A stretch of DNA of 64,000 nt from Podarcis melisellensis (taxonomy: Eukaryota): assembly GCA_964234715.1 (NCBI GenBank), contig OZ174283.1; one strand, written 5' to 3'. Shown one piece after another: positions 1 through 13,241 of this stretch; position 1 is the first letter of the stretch, and every line of letters starts with the position of its first letter. Below the pieces are notes generated by a model. The model worked only from the letters and a program-made list of their open reading frames with translations. It did not search any database and was not told the DNA's origin. The translations under genes and the position numbers were made by a program.

Positions 1-1326
1 TGCATGATTAATGCTCATTGCCATACATCTAGCCCAAAAAATGCTTAGTGAAGACCATGCACCATCTAAGCATGGCATAAGGTTAGTGCAAGCAAATCAG
101 GATGAATGTTGAATAGGAGCCACTTGATCTATTTAGGGCCAAACCATATGGAGGTTAATTGCAGCTTGTCATGCAAATAGCAACTGCAGGGGGACCTGAG
201 CAACCTGGAGCCTAAGCAGTGGAGCCAGGGGTTAAGTCTTTCTCTCCCTGCTAAGTCCCAGACAAAAATTGTCATTCATTGATAACTTGTATCTCTGGTT
301 TCAACGATCTTGATAAGAAGTGGTCTCTTTTGAAGCAGCCTATTGCACAGCTACAATTTACAAAATAATAACCCCTTCACATCTCAAAGAATTCCAAGGC
401 CAAGTTTAGCACATATTTTTTAAAATCCACACACTGCAATCCTATGCACACTTACCTGGAAATAAGTCTTATTGAAAACACTGGGACTTTAGTAAGTAGA
501 TCAGCTCAGAGTGCACAACTTTGAAGTGCACAACTTTATAAAAAGCCAAATATATTGTATAGTACATGGGAAGGCTTTCCAATTCACTACAGTACAGTCA
601 AGACTTCTTTGCTTATTTAAGCAAACTATCCATTGACTTGGGGAGGAGAACTCAGTAAATTTTGCATACTGCTAAATAGATCAACCAAGTTCTGCTCTTC
701 TATAAGTAATTAAAAGGATAGGAATGTTGAAATTTACTAGTGTTTGTGCTTCCTCATCTGCCAGTCTCTTCCCAGTCAGCTATGTGTGAATCCCACAAAT
801 ATCAGTGGGAGTTGTACATAAAATAAATCTATGGCCTTTAAAACTGGGTATTGTTTTTGTTTGTTACTATGCTATATATTTTTTGTGTTATATACTGTAA
901 ACTGCCTATGATCTTTGGGTGAAAGGAGGTATAGAAATTTAATAAACAAAAAACAAATAAATAAAACTGTGAGCAGCCTGCAAACCTTAATGAAGAAAAA
1001 TGGAAGAAAAGATAGCATTCTAAAATAACAGAAGACTCTTAAGAATTAATCCTGTAACTTTCATCCAGATTAACTCAAAGAAGTAAACTAACTTGTTTAA
1101 CCACTCCTAAGAACGTAGGAAACCAGTTTGGGTCCAACAAACACACACACTGATCTATCTTGCCAAATATCACATAAGGCTGCTATTGGGTTGGATCCGA
1201 AACATGAATGGACAAAAGAAATATATTACTGATGTTCTATGAATGCTTGTGCAAGCTAATGGGGTACTCATAGTGCAGCATCAATACGAGAAACATGGCA
1301 TATAAGGAATACACAGGTTGTAACAT

Positions 1327-1463
1327 AGGGATGGGGAACCTGTGGTCCTCCAGATATTGCTGGATGACAACTCCCATCACTCCCTGATCACTGGTCATGC
1401 TGGTTGGGGTTGATGGGAGTTGGTGTCCAACAACTTTTGGAAGCCTCAAGTTCCCCGTGCCTG
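1327..1463. mobile_element. Palindromic ~135-bp non-autonomous DNA element (hAT-like MITE); further copies near 6263, 8761, 11500, 24775, 24981, 28031, 28561, 36403, 45980, 54305
   Basis: Recurrent consensus CAGGGATGGGGAACCTGTGGCCCTCCAGATGTTG...CAACATCTGGAGGGCCACAGGTTCCCCATCCCTG with long terminal inverted repeats. Confidence 0.75.
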
Positions 1464-1510
1464 CTACAACATTTTTTAAAAATCTAGTGGCCCATTAAAA
1501 AGTCTTAAGC

Positions 1511-2000
1511 TGGCGGAAATGACTGGCAGAATCCGAGACCAGGGAGAAGAGTCGGTGGAAGAAGATTGGAAAAAATTTAAAGACTATTTACAGAAACACT
1601 GTAAAATTAATGTTAGAAGGATGCTGGAATGAAGTTATATGGCTTTGTTATAAAGAATTAAGTAAAAATAGATTGTTAATGGGCCAAAGCGGAAAAAGTA
1701 AGGTTAGATTGTGTTAAGATAAATTATAGAACAAAAACTGAGAAAGATGGAAAGGATTTGCTGAAATAGCTAACTGAACTAGAATACAAAAAAAGGGAGG
1801 TGTGAGGAGGTCGTTGGAACAAGTAAATGAAAGATAAGATATGGAAATATTGGATGTGTTTTTAATTGTTTCTGGTTTTGTTTCTGTTTTGTTAAGTAGT
1901 GTTTTTTTGTTTTTTATGTACTGTATTGTATTGTTTTGCTTTGTTTAACTTTTTTTCTTCTTTTTGTAATCTTTAAACTCTTAATAAATATTACTTTAAA
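1511..2000 (+). mobile_element. 5'-truncated L1-clade LINE (ORF2 end, 3'UTR, A-tail)
   Basis: Closely similar to 62076-62480. AATAAA and A-tail present; TSD AAAAAGTCTTAAGC at 1497-1510 and 2001-2014; TT/AAAA endonuclease site. Confidence 0.88.
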
Positions 2001-2185
2001 AAAAAGTCTTAAGCATTTGTGCAAAGCAAATAACTTGTGCAAACTTAACAGTATGTCGGGATTTGGGGTCGTTTTTCTCATGCAACCCTCATCTGCTTAG
2101 CTGGCAACATCCACAGTCCTTCTATGAGCAGAAGAGATGAGTGGATCATGTTATGAGTTGCATTCAACTAACATTTACTCACAGT

Positions 2186-2438
2186 AGAAGAAGAAGAGGA
2201 GGAGGAGTTTGGATTTGATATCCCACTTTATCACTACCCGAAGGAGTCTCAAAGCGGCTCACAATCTCCTTTCCCTTCCTCCCCCACAACAAACACTCTG
2301 TGAGGTGAGTGGGGCTGAGAGACTTCAAAGAAGTGTGACTGGCCCAAGGTCACCCAGCAGCTGCATGTGGAGGAGTGGGGACGCGAACCCGGTTCACCAG
2401 ATTACGAGTCCACCACTCTTAACCACTACACCACACTG
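2186..2438 (-). mobile_element. tRNA-derived SINE (Squam2/MIR-like); older copies at about 23820-24060 and 24290-24513
   Basis: Minus strand starts CAGTGTGGTGTAGTGGTTAAG (A box) ... GGTTCGCGTCC (B box) and ends in a (CTT/CTC)n tail. Confidence 0.8.
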
Positions 2439-3024
2439 ACTCTCACAGTCGACCCATAAATATTAATGGGCTTCAGATAGTCATCACAGCTACACATTTC
2501 AATAGCTCTACACTGAGTATAAATTAGTTGAATATAACCCTGTGTTTATTTCCCACATTTTATGTAGGAAAGGATGTTTACCAATGCCACTCCACTTTTT
2601 GCATCAAATTTACAAAACCCTGACTTTGGTGGGGTTAGCACTCACTTGAACTGAAAGTGACGCAGTGTTAATTATAATGTCTTATTTGTCTGCTATGTCT
2701 AATTATTGGGACACATGCAGCTTCTGAAGTCCATGCACTGTCTGAAATGAATGAAACTATTTTTAAAATATAGGTGATATGAATATTCCAAACAAACTGA
2801 AAATCTCAGTTTCTGCATCTCTGGAAAGGAAACAGTCCTAAGAATGTTAATCTGCAGAAAGAACAATTCTCTCCATTCATACTTCTGTCTGGGGTACCTG
2901 GTGACCCTCTGGGCATTTGGATAAAGGAAATTGTACCTAATTTACAGCAAACTCCAAATATAAGTGTCACAAGCACAAAGTGAGGCAAATTCCAATCAGT
3001 AAAGGAGACAGATACAATATCACA

Positions 3025-3320
3025 TATGCTTCACACACAGCATAGTTGTGGAATTTACTGCCACAAGATAGTAATGGCCTGCAACTTGGATGGATTTTAA
3101 AGGGGCTTAGACAAATTCATACCAGCTATGGAGACTTTATTATAGGAGGCAGAGCAATTCTGAATACCAGTTGCCAGTGATCACAACTGAGGAGAGGGCT
3201 TTTGTGCTAATTTCCTGCTTATTGGCTTCTTAGAGGCTTCTGGTTGGCCTCTGTGAAAACAAATTACTGGGCTATGTGAGTGTCTGGTCTCATCCTGCTG
3301 GGCTCCTTCATGTGCTTATG
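3025..3320 (+). mobile_element. Degenerate CR1-like LINE 3' fragment
   Basis: TGGAATTTACTGCCACAAGATAGTAATGGCC...TTGGATGGATTTTAAAGGGGCTTAGACAAATTCAT resembles the CR1 ORF2 end. Confidence 0.55.
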
Positions 3321-6300
3321 TTCCTAGATTGAACACACTGAATAAAACTTGGTTTGTCTAAACTAAGGCTGCAGTCCTATGCATACTTACTTGGGAGTTT
3401 GCCCCATTGAAGTCAGTGAAACTTACTTTGAACAAAGTAAACTTACATAAGACCAGACTGGCAAAATATAAGCAATAGAAGCACAGTGCGATTCACAGAA
3501 AGCTACATATGCTTATGTTCAATTTAGGTCCGTATTTTTTCTGTAGAATGTGGCCATAGTCACTGGTCTCATTCAGACAGCACTAAAACATAGTTTAGCC
3601 TTATAAGAAAAAGGCTCCTTTCCCTCTTTTGGTACAGTTGAAAGGATCTATTCAGAAGCTTTCACTTATTCTTAAAACTAAAAGCAACTTCTTGTGTCAT
3701 GCAAAACTCAACAAACCATGGTTTATCTTTGCAATGGTTTGTTGAAGCAATTCAAGGTTAGATCCTTAGTTATGTCACTAGCTTGCTTCAACTAACCATA
3801 GTTAAAAGTTACCACAATTTAGGGTTCAGGAAACATGCTAAACTGCAGTTAATTTAAAATGGAAGTAGAAGCTTCCGATCTCCTGCTCATGGCCATAAAT
3901 GGCAGAAGAAAGGGGATGCAGTGAGTGCATAGGTCCAGGATAAAATTATGTTTGCGCTTGTAATAGCTATGGTCCAGAATTATGTCTAAAGGCATTTCAG
4001 CTCTGGTGAAAAAGCTATCATCCAGGACTACAAAATGGAACCAAATGTTAAATTTATATTAAAGTTTAAGAACACAGCAACATATTTGACAAAGTTTGAA
4101 TATATGCAAAGTTTGAAAATGCTTTTAAAAAACACAAAAAATCAAACTTAATTAAAGCTAGTCTGATATCAGTAGCTTCTTAATCTAAACTGTTTAAAAT
4201 TATAATTTAAAATGTGGTGCGGGACAGAGACTCAAAACACGTAAAAGCGCACCACACAGAAACTGCAAGAACAGATTGTGTTTAACAGATTTTATATTAT
4301 AATATTTACTGTCTGAGTCACTAAGCAATCCTCCTCAACCATCGTATTTTATAATAGTGAAGGGGCACTCTGTATGCCATGCTGGATCCATTGTTGAACC
4401 CTAACCCAGTCGGCTGACTCCTTAAAATAGTGTTGTGCCAGAATTTGTCCTCTGATTGCTTGAAAAGGTTTTCTTCCCCTGCAAAAGTAGCTTCCACTTT
4501 TCTGCTTCATTCTTGGGGGGCATTAAAATTCCTTTAGAATTTCAGAAGGTAAAGGATTTTGAGCATACCTGCTTGTTGCAAGGTGTATATTTTCTTCCAT
4601 TAAACTTTCACCCACCCAGTGCTCTGAAGTCTTCCCAGCTGCCCACATTTTCTGACCTTAAGAGTGGTTTTCTAATGGTGTCTTCTCCTGAGCTTTGGCC
4701 GAAGTGTGGGCACCCAGGAAGACAGCATAGTAGTGCAGATCATTAGAGAACTTGCAGAAAGGACACTCACAAAAACCCCTCAGCCACCTCACACTTAAGA
4801 CAAGAATTTCACCGATGTTTCCTCTCTTCCTTTGACAATTTCAAAATGCAATTACTTTTCTCACTAACTGATGGAGAATGGTGGGGAACTGCCCAAACAT
4901 TTTGAAACAACACTAATTTATAGAGTCTTTCCTTTTTTCTAAGAATCTAAATTCACATGTAAACTTAAACCTTGGGTAGTACATAATACATTTTCAAATT
5001 AGACATGAGCTTATAGAACAACTGAGCAGTCTCTGAAGTTTTACTGAAATGGGATGAAGGATGCTTGCAGTTTATAAAAGTAGTCTACTGAAAATCCATT
5101 TAATTTCAGCATGTATTTCAAATATTTCATGAATTGGGAGGGAGTTGTCTTCCTTCTTTCAGGGCATTTATGTACTACAGGTGATTAACAGATGTGCCAG
5201 CAGATAAGCTACTAAAAATTGTTGTGGGCTAGCAACTTTTCTGGACTTATCTACATTCATATATACTGGTATATAAATTGGATTGCCTTCTGAATGCAGA
5301 AGAAAAGAGTTTGGCATTTTTCTGTGCACAAACTCAAAGGAACTCCATCCACATTAACTGAGACTGAACAGAACAAAACAAAACTACACTCTTATAGAAA
5401 TTCCTTTTCACTTCAAAGAGGTAAGTTTCCATGTTGCACACCTACTTATAATCACTAATGCATACACAGTACATGCACCCACAACTATACATGCTGCAGT
5501 GTACTTTTGTGGTTTGCTTTTATTTGTTGAAAAATATCATGCATAGGAATTGGTGAGAAAAGAGAAAACTGAATGGAGGGGATTAAATTTCAGCTGTCTT
5601 TAAGAGGATATCAAGTCCTCTAAGGGTTTTAAAGATCAAGGGGCCATTAGAACAGCTGATCAGCAAAAAGACTCTAGATCTGATCCTGCTGCTTAATCCA
5701 TTGGTCTGACATTGCCAGGTGCACAGTGACTCCCATGACAATATTTAAAACCTCTTGAATCCCCCCCCACCAAACTCAAAAGAAATCTCAAGTTCACAAA
5801 TGAAAATCCAGTGGTTCCATGAAAAGATACAATAAACCTGATGAAGCTGGGTAGCAGTCAAAGTTTAGGGTGAATTCAGTTCCCATTAAAGTCAGGAGGG
5901 AGACAAACATCACATTAATTGCCACAGGCATTGCTTCATTATTTCATAAAATATGCCTTGAAAGTAGGGAGATGCACAGCTCTACTGTGAGCTCAAATGG
6001 CTGCAGTCTGCTTATTAATTCAGGATCCACACACTATTTTAACGGACGTATTGTACACAATGCTGAGGCAGAGTACAAAAATGAAATTTGGGTCGTTTAT
6101 AAAACAAAACCCTGCCTCTGCTCACAATGAAATTTGTGACTACAGTACAAGTACCCAGTTTAAGGGGGGGGAGCCCAACCGTACACCAATCCATGTTTGG
6201 TTTAGAACTTGACAGACAAAACACTTAACTCTACAACAGCTAAGGTACATGCTTTTTAGCTCAAGGATGTAGAACCTAAATGTTGCTGAATTCTAACACC

Positions 6301-6484
6301 CCATCAGCCCCAGCCAGCATGGCTGATGGTCAGGGCTGATGGGAGTTGGAGTCCCACATTATCTAGAGGGCCACAGATTCACCACATGCGTTTTGAGTTA
6401 TATTTTTCTATCCCATGATGAACACCAAGGGCATTTCCAGGCTGTCACTATTTCCAGGTGGTATCCAATCACAAACCAGCAAAA

Positions 6485-6619
6485 ATCATAGAGTTGGAAG
6501 GTACATTGAGGGTCATCTAGTCCACCCCCATGCAGTGATGGCATCTTTTGCCCCATGTGGGACTTGAACCCACAACCCTGAGATTAAGAGTCTACCAGTC
6601 TACCAACTGAGCTATGGGC
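6485..6619 (-). mobile_element. tRNA-Lys(CTT)-derived SINE with CR1-type tail
   Basis: Minus strand GCCCATAGCTCAGTTGGTAGA..GACTCTTAATCTCAGGGTTGTGGGTTCAAGTCCCAC followed by GGACTAGATGACCCT...TTCCAACTCTATGATT. Confidence 0.75.
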
Positions 6620-9600
6620 ATGCTAGACAGACTCTACCATTATAGATAACTGGGAGTTCTTACGCAACCAACCTGTTTCCCAAAAATAACTTTTTGCGAG
6701 AAGAAAAATGATGGAGAAATGCTTAGACAGAACATCGTCTAGCCTCCCTGCAAACAAATCAGAGTGAATGCTCATTAAACTGGCAGTGTCATCTAAATGC
6801 CCTGCGAACAAATGAAGGTGATTCTTCAATAAACTGGTCATTTGGAAGTGCCTCCCAATTGGGTAGAATCCGGCCAATACAGCAGCACATTCTGCCATAA
6901 TGAAACTTTCACTAACAGGAATGATCTAAAAATGTTGGAATATGAGGCTGAGCAGGAGGCCCTATGTTCAGTGACTTGCCTTTTTACATGGTTTCAAGTA
7001 GCGCAAATCAAGACAGAACACCAAACAAATACAGGTGTGTTGGCTGAATATTTTTCTCCCTGTGGCACAGCCTAGCAGCCAGAAAGCAGACCAGCTTTTC
7101 TGCTGATTTCCAGTTAGCTACCCTAATCATGTTAGCAGCCTGTTCCATTTTCGTCTCCCATAATCTCCCTGCACAGCTGATTGCCATCACAGAATGCAAT
7201 CTACAGCTACGGAAAGGCAAAAGGGGAAAATATCCCCTCTGAGACTCTTCCTAATTGATCCCTATCCACAGAGCTCAGTGGAGTTGCATTAACAACCTTC
7301 CCACTCCCCAGAAAAACAAGGAGCAGACATTGTAACACCAGCTACAGGACCTTTCCCCTCCCTAGTGGCTACAGCAGATGATGCTACATTTTTAAGGGTC
7401 AGAGACTGCTGCTACTTTCATTTCAGTCAGTAGGTCAGATTCTGGTTCTCAGTCTACTCTTTTTCAAATACCTTGCTGGTATAAATAAAGCAGTTATGTT
7501 CCTCAATGTTAATAACAATAAAAAAACTATGGTCATGCACTCTGAAGCGAGGTCATATCCTGGCTTGGAAGTTCAGTCCCATTGATTCCTATATTTGGAA
7601 GTTATCATGGAGCTTACTTTTTTAGTGTGTTTAGAACTGAAACCTTAAAAAAGATTTAATACTTGGGATAAATTGCCATAGTGAAAAAATTTAATAACCA
7701 AAATTAGATATTTAACAACATGGAGGTTTAATATGACCATAGTCATTTTGTTTAAGAATCTGTTTTGAAACATTATGGCTCAATATGTGATTGCCTGTCT
7801 TAGCCCTATACTACAGGAACTGGTTTGGAAAGCAAAATGGGGCAAATGTGGGTGTCTTATTGGTAACATCAATAACATTGGGCAAAATGTAAAATAATGG
7901 CAATCAAAATGAAGTGGAAGCAGACCCTTTGATTTTTCAAAGTGTGAGAGAGGCAATGTTGGCCATGCCCCTTAGTCTATAATTTACAGTAGAAATTATA
8001 TTAATGTACACTAATGGGAGGCAAATAAGTAGTCTCTCTGGATAAATAATGATTATGCCTTTTTAAACATACCGTAAATCTAAATGAACGCTGTGGATGG
8101 GTGTGAATACACAGGGCTCTACATGACATCAATCTTATTTTATGCATTTGCTACTATTAATTGCATGCACTGAAATTTTCATATTATTATGTTACATTTT
8201 TAAAAATCACTCAGTCACTAAGTGCTCTTTGTGTGAGATTTATGTAAGAAAAATGAAATCAGATTTGTGTGTGTGTACACACAAACACACACACACAGAG
8301 GCAACTCTTTCTTCAAAAGCTTATGGGTCATGCATAAAATACAAAGATCTGAAGATGGAAACTTTTTGATCTTCTTGTGGCTATAAGAAATGCCTCCAAG
8401 TGACCAACAGTATCTTTTTCTGTGAACAAGAGAGTTGATTTCTTCCACTAACAAACACAAGTGACTTGCCCTGGTATGTGTAAACAATGGGCAAATCAAT
8501 TGCCCAGGTATGTGGCTAGCAACACAAATTAAAGTGGTTACAAACTTTTGCGGACTTCTCTGCATAAGAGAGGGGTAAGAGGATTTAGGAGAAGCCCCAA
8601 GACTTGCTTCTCCTGCATACCTTTAGAAGGTGTACCATAGCACAGTGTCACAAAACATGCTATATTGTCAATGTTCCCATGCCCCAGGAAAACATGCTGA
8701 TGCAAACATGAAGCAGGGTTCAACTTCATTGCTCCAATTCTAAACTCAGCAAGCTTAAAGCAGGAATGGGGAATCTGTAACCCTCCAGATGTTGTGGGAA
8801 TTCAACTCCCCATCAGCTCCAGCTGGCAGGGCCAATGGCCAAGGATGATGAAATTTGGAGTCCAACAACACCTGGAGGACCAGAGGTTCCCTATCCCTGC
8901 TTTAGAGCTGGGGACCATTTCATAGATGCAAAAGACTTATGTGAGCAAAATATCCAGAGTTTATTGAAGTGAATAGGAAATCCTTCCTCTCATATAGTTC
9001 TCTTTGTACACCAAAGTCTCTGTTTGCACACCAGAGCATTTGGCTTGCAGCTGTAACTGTATTAAAATCAAGTTCTATTAATATATAGGAGAAAAAGCAG
9101 GGGAGGAAGAAGCTTGACTGGAGGATGGAATACATTGTTTGTAGCTTCCATTTCACGCATGTCCAGGTTTTCCAGGCAAGGTAGGGTGCATTTTATGCTA
9201 ACTGGGAAACACCATTCAGAGCTTTTTCAAAACACACAACAGAACTGAAGAGCCCTACTTTTTCAGCCTCCTTTCAGACAGCAACCCATCGAGACTGCAG
9301 CAATTCACCGCTGGCCCAAGCGTTGATTGGCAGACACCATGAGCCAATCTCAGCCTGAGAAGCCAGTTCAGCGGGGAGACTATTCTCACCCACCTGCAAC
9401 CGCTGTGGAGGCGTCAGTTCAGTCCTGTAGGCCCTGTCAGTCTCTGACATGCTTCCAGCTGGTTGCCTTACAACCAGACCCGTGTTGCTGCACATGAGCT
9501 TTAAGCAGTCATGCTGTCACTCTTTATTATCCAATTAAAACAAAAAGGGGGGAAGGAAGGGGAAAGGAAAAATAAAGGGGGGGAATAGTGGACCTAACTC

Positions 9601-10582
9601 GAACAGAAAATGAGTCGATTTAAACTTCTTTCTAACTGACAAGAAATGTGCCTATATGGATATTAGTCACATGCAATGATATCCTTTGCGACTGAATGGC
9701 TACAATCCACAGAAGTGAATGACTATTGGTAACTGGTTAAAAGGGGGTGGTTCCTTTCTTCTAGTTCAGGTGTAACAGCACAGTGTGTGTGTCAATAGGA
9801 AACAAGCAACAACAACAAAAGTTAAGGAAGTACTATTAAACCCATGCATTTTTACTAGCCATAGCTATTAAGCAGTTTTAATATGCAATGATCTCATATG
9901 ACATGCTTGGGCAATTTTTGAAGGTACAGGGCTTTCTTTGTCCAGAAAACAGAGAGTCCATCAAATGTACCTAGAGACACCTGCCAAATCTTCATTCATA
10001 AATCAGTTTCCACCCACTGCCTCATTGATTGGACAGATCAATAATCCTGCAGGATTTACATCCCCAAAGCTACATTACAACCGTACTTTATGGTATAGTT
10101 TTGAGCATCGTTGCTAGGAAGCAAAGCCAACTAAATTCATTGGGGCTTATTTCTGAGTACTTGGGGTGGGGCTATAAAGTTTAGGAAAAGTTCACAAAAC
10201 AAGCTGCTTTTCAAAAGATTGCAGACTTGTTGAAAGCAGACCTGGCCTCATCCCAGCAAAAATGTTCAGCTGCGACTAAGGCATGAACGAATTCTGAAGC
10301 CCCTACCCTGTGTCTCAAACCTCGCAACACTTTTGTAGGAATGTAATGAAAACTAGAAGATAGGAAGAAGTGCTTATGTCTTCACATTTTGCTGCCAAAT
10401 CCCCTTCCATTGCATCCTAAGCAGTGGTCTCTTAACCAGGGTGAGGGTATTTGCAGGCAAAAATTTGCTGGTGCAGGAAGGGTTAAGCACCTCTTTCCCT
10501 ACCTCCAACATTCCCATTATTTTAGCAAATATGGGTTTGGAAACATGCATTTGCCAAGACAACCATGTAGTTCATTGCTGAG

Positions 10583-10667
10583 GCCACAATGCCTACACAC
10601 ACTTACTTAGGAATAAGCCCCACTGAACATAGTGGGATATACTTCGAAGTTAACATGCATAGGATTA
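10583..10667. mobile_element. Short ~85-bp palindromic MITE-like repeat; copies near 433, 3368, 10740, 11192, 46245, 48548, 51638
   Basis: Recurrent consensus GCAATCCTATGCAC..TTACC..GTAAGCCCCATTGAA..GTGGGACTTACTT..CATGCATAGGATTGC. Confidence 0.6.
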
Positions 10668-13093
10668 GATTCCCTATCAGTTTAATGCAATGGGACTTCA
10701 ATCATTACCAAAGTTTTCCCACTAATCTGAATGAGACATTCAGCCCTCTCTTCCCTAGGTTTACTCTAAAGTAAGTCCCATGGTTTTCAATGTTGCATAC
10801 TCCTGAGTAAATGTGCTTAGGACTGCACCCTTTCCAAAGACATAACTAAACTAACTGAATGGGGGGGCACATTGTCTATGGAGAAGTATCACAGAATTGC
10901 AAAGATTACATTTACTGCCACCAGGAAGAGAAAAATAAATTATTTTTGGTTATGGTTTAGTGTTCAAATCCAGCATTTACCGTTTATTGTAAAAATCACA
11001 ATATACATTCTTTGAAATGTTCTATGAAATAAACAGGAGTGCATTCGCAACCAAAAATAACAGGCAAATCTATATACAACCGATTTCTACCATCTGAAGC
11101 GTAATCCACAGAGTGTGTTGCATTGATGTGACATCCATTTATCATATATGCACAATAAGCAGCAATGGGAAATGAAGAAGGAATGACAAATGCAATCTAT
11201 GCATGTTTATGCAGAGGTCAGGTCCACTGCGTTCAATGGGGCTTACTCTCAGGAAAGTGTGCACGGGATTGCAGCCTGAGTTATTAAACTTTCCAAAAGG
11301 ATAGTTCAATCTTGCAAAGGGCAAAGTAAAAAAAAAAAAAAAAAGATCATCATGTGTTAGTTGGTTGTTTTTTTAAATGAGAACTTTTAACTTAGTGGTA
11401 ACATTTAATGCCAGTGAAATGTATCCATTTATAGAACTCCTGTTGGTCACAGTTGCGAGTCTCACCAAGTTCCTAATTTGGGTGACTTCACATCAAGACT
11501 GGGGAACCTGTGGCCTTGCAAGGTGTTGTTGAGCAACAGGTCTCCCATCTTACCTGGCCATTGACCCTGCCCAGGCCACAGGTTCCTTATCCCTGCTTTA
11601 CATCTCTCAGCCTATAAAGAACTTTTGGTACCATTTCAGCTCTCCCCAGCCACACACAGTCTCTTCCGATATGTTCATCTAACCAGCAACACTATAATTT
11701 TAATAATGACAGGGGTTTAAATATGATTACAAGTCTTTCCTCTTGTTTTCCTCCATCTAAAAATAATACCATTAGTCATTTTACACATATTTTTTTCCTT
11801 CCCACACCCCTTTCTGCTAGACTAAATACATGAACTGCAATTTCCACAACATCCCCTCTTGGCTGTTGTTTTTGTGTTGTCTACCAAACTGGGAAACTTG
11901 TCTTTTACAGCTTTGTGATACATTGTCAATTCTGAGGACAAGATTCTTTTAAAAAATAAATGTATATACATTTCAATCACACATAATAACTTCAGTCATA
12001 GATGTACTTTATCAAATTGTAAAACATACCGCAAAAGGGTTAATTTTTTTGGTAAGGATGCATTGCAAAAAAAAGTATGTTATTCTTAGCCCAATTCACC
12101 AGCTGCTTTACCTTTACCACCAAACGTTTCCTTGCATCTGATTAACACCAAGTCACCCCTAAAAAGTCATCCTAAAAAATCAGCTAGCTATTAATTTGTT
12201 CCAAACTGATGACAATGGTAAAATTGGGGGTCAACTTAAAAAAAAAAAGTTTTTCGCCCTAACCTCCAAATGAAACAAAACCCACACAGCACACACACAC
12301 ACACAATGAGGGTGGGGTCCCTCCAAATGGCCACGATTTAAAACTTAAAAATAAATGCTTCATGTGCATTAAAAAATATTTCAGGTTTTCAAAAGATTCA
12401 CCCTTCACCATTGGTTTCACATAAGTAAAAAATAGTTTACATGTCACCAGACAGAACTCTTTATAGCAACAGAAAAAATATACAGGATTTGTTCAGATCA
12501 ATTTATAGTGTAATAAGCTCAACTTGTGTAGAAGTGTTTCTCTCTTTTTTTTAATCTTCATATAATGATTTTTTAATATATAAAAAAATCCTTTTCTCTG
12601 ATGTTAAATGATTCTGTCAGACTTTTCTCTCTTTTCATTTCCACATAACAAAAGTTAGGGGGCTTCCTGATTCCACCCGCCACCACCCTTATTTTATTTT
12701 ATTTTCCCTTTTCCATAGGACCAAAAGAAAAGAAAAAAACGAAAAGCGGGATAAAATCCCTCAAAGTCCCCTGCCATAGATTTATTCCAGGGGACCTGCC
12801 ACCCTATTTTTGACAAGCTGGGTTCCTGGGCGATGCAAAAACCAGTGGCTGGAGGGGGCTGGGGGGCTGGCTTGCGCCTGTGTTGTGTGTGTGGAGAGGC
12901 CCAAGCAGGGCCGAGGGAGAGAAGGCAGGGGGGTCTCTCTCTTTCTCTCTCTCTCTCTCCCCATCTCCTCACAACCTGAAGGAGGCTTCAGAGAAGGGAT
13001 GTTGCATCTTGAAACTAGACAAGAAGCACTGGAGCGGCGGGGGAAGGGGGTTCACGAGGGACGGCGGCAGGCTGGGAAGAAAGAAATCATCGC

Positions 13094-13241
13094 NNNNNNN
13101 NNNNNNNNNNNNNNNNNNNNNNNNNNNNNNNNNNNNNNNNNNNNNNNNNNNNNNNNNNNNNNNNNNNNNNNNNNNNNNNNNNNNNNNNNNNNNNNNNNNN
13201 NNNNNNNNNNNNNNNNNNNNNNNNNNNNNNNNNNNNNNNNN
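13094..13241. other. N-run (148 nt) covering the CXXC zinc finger and splice donor
   Basis: Seen directly; frame preserved across it. Confidence 0.95.

Noticed and set aside
6548-6619. Functional tRNA-Lys gene
   Set aside because: Degenerate stems and a fused CR1-type tail indicate a SINE head; the same applies to the other tRNA-like stretches.
1-12690. Last CXXC4 coding exon (RTPVPSAEAFRWFF-like)
   Set aside because: Not found by eye on the minus strand; probably left of the window. tBLASTn would settle it.
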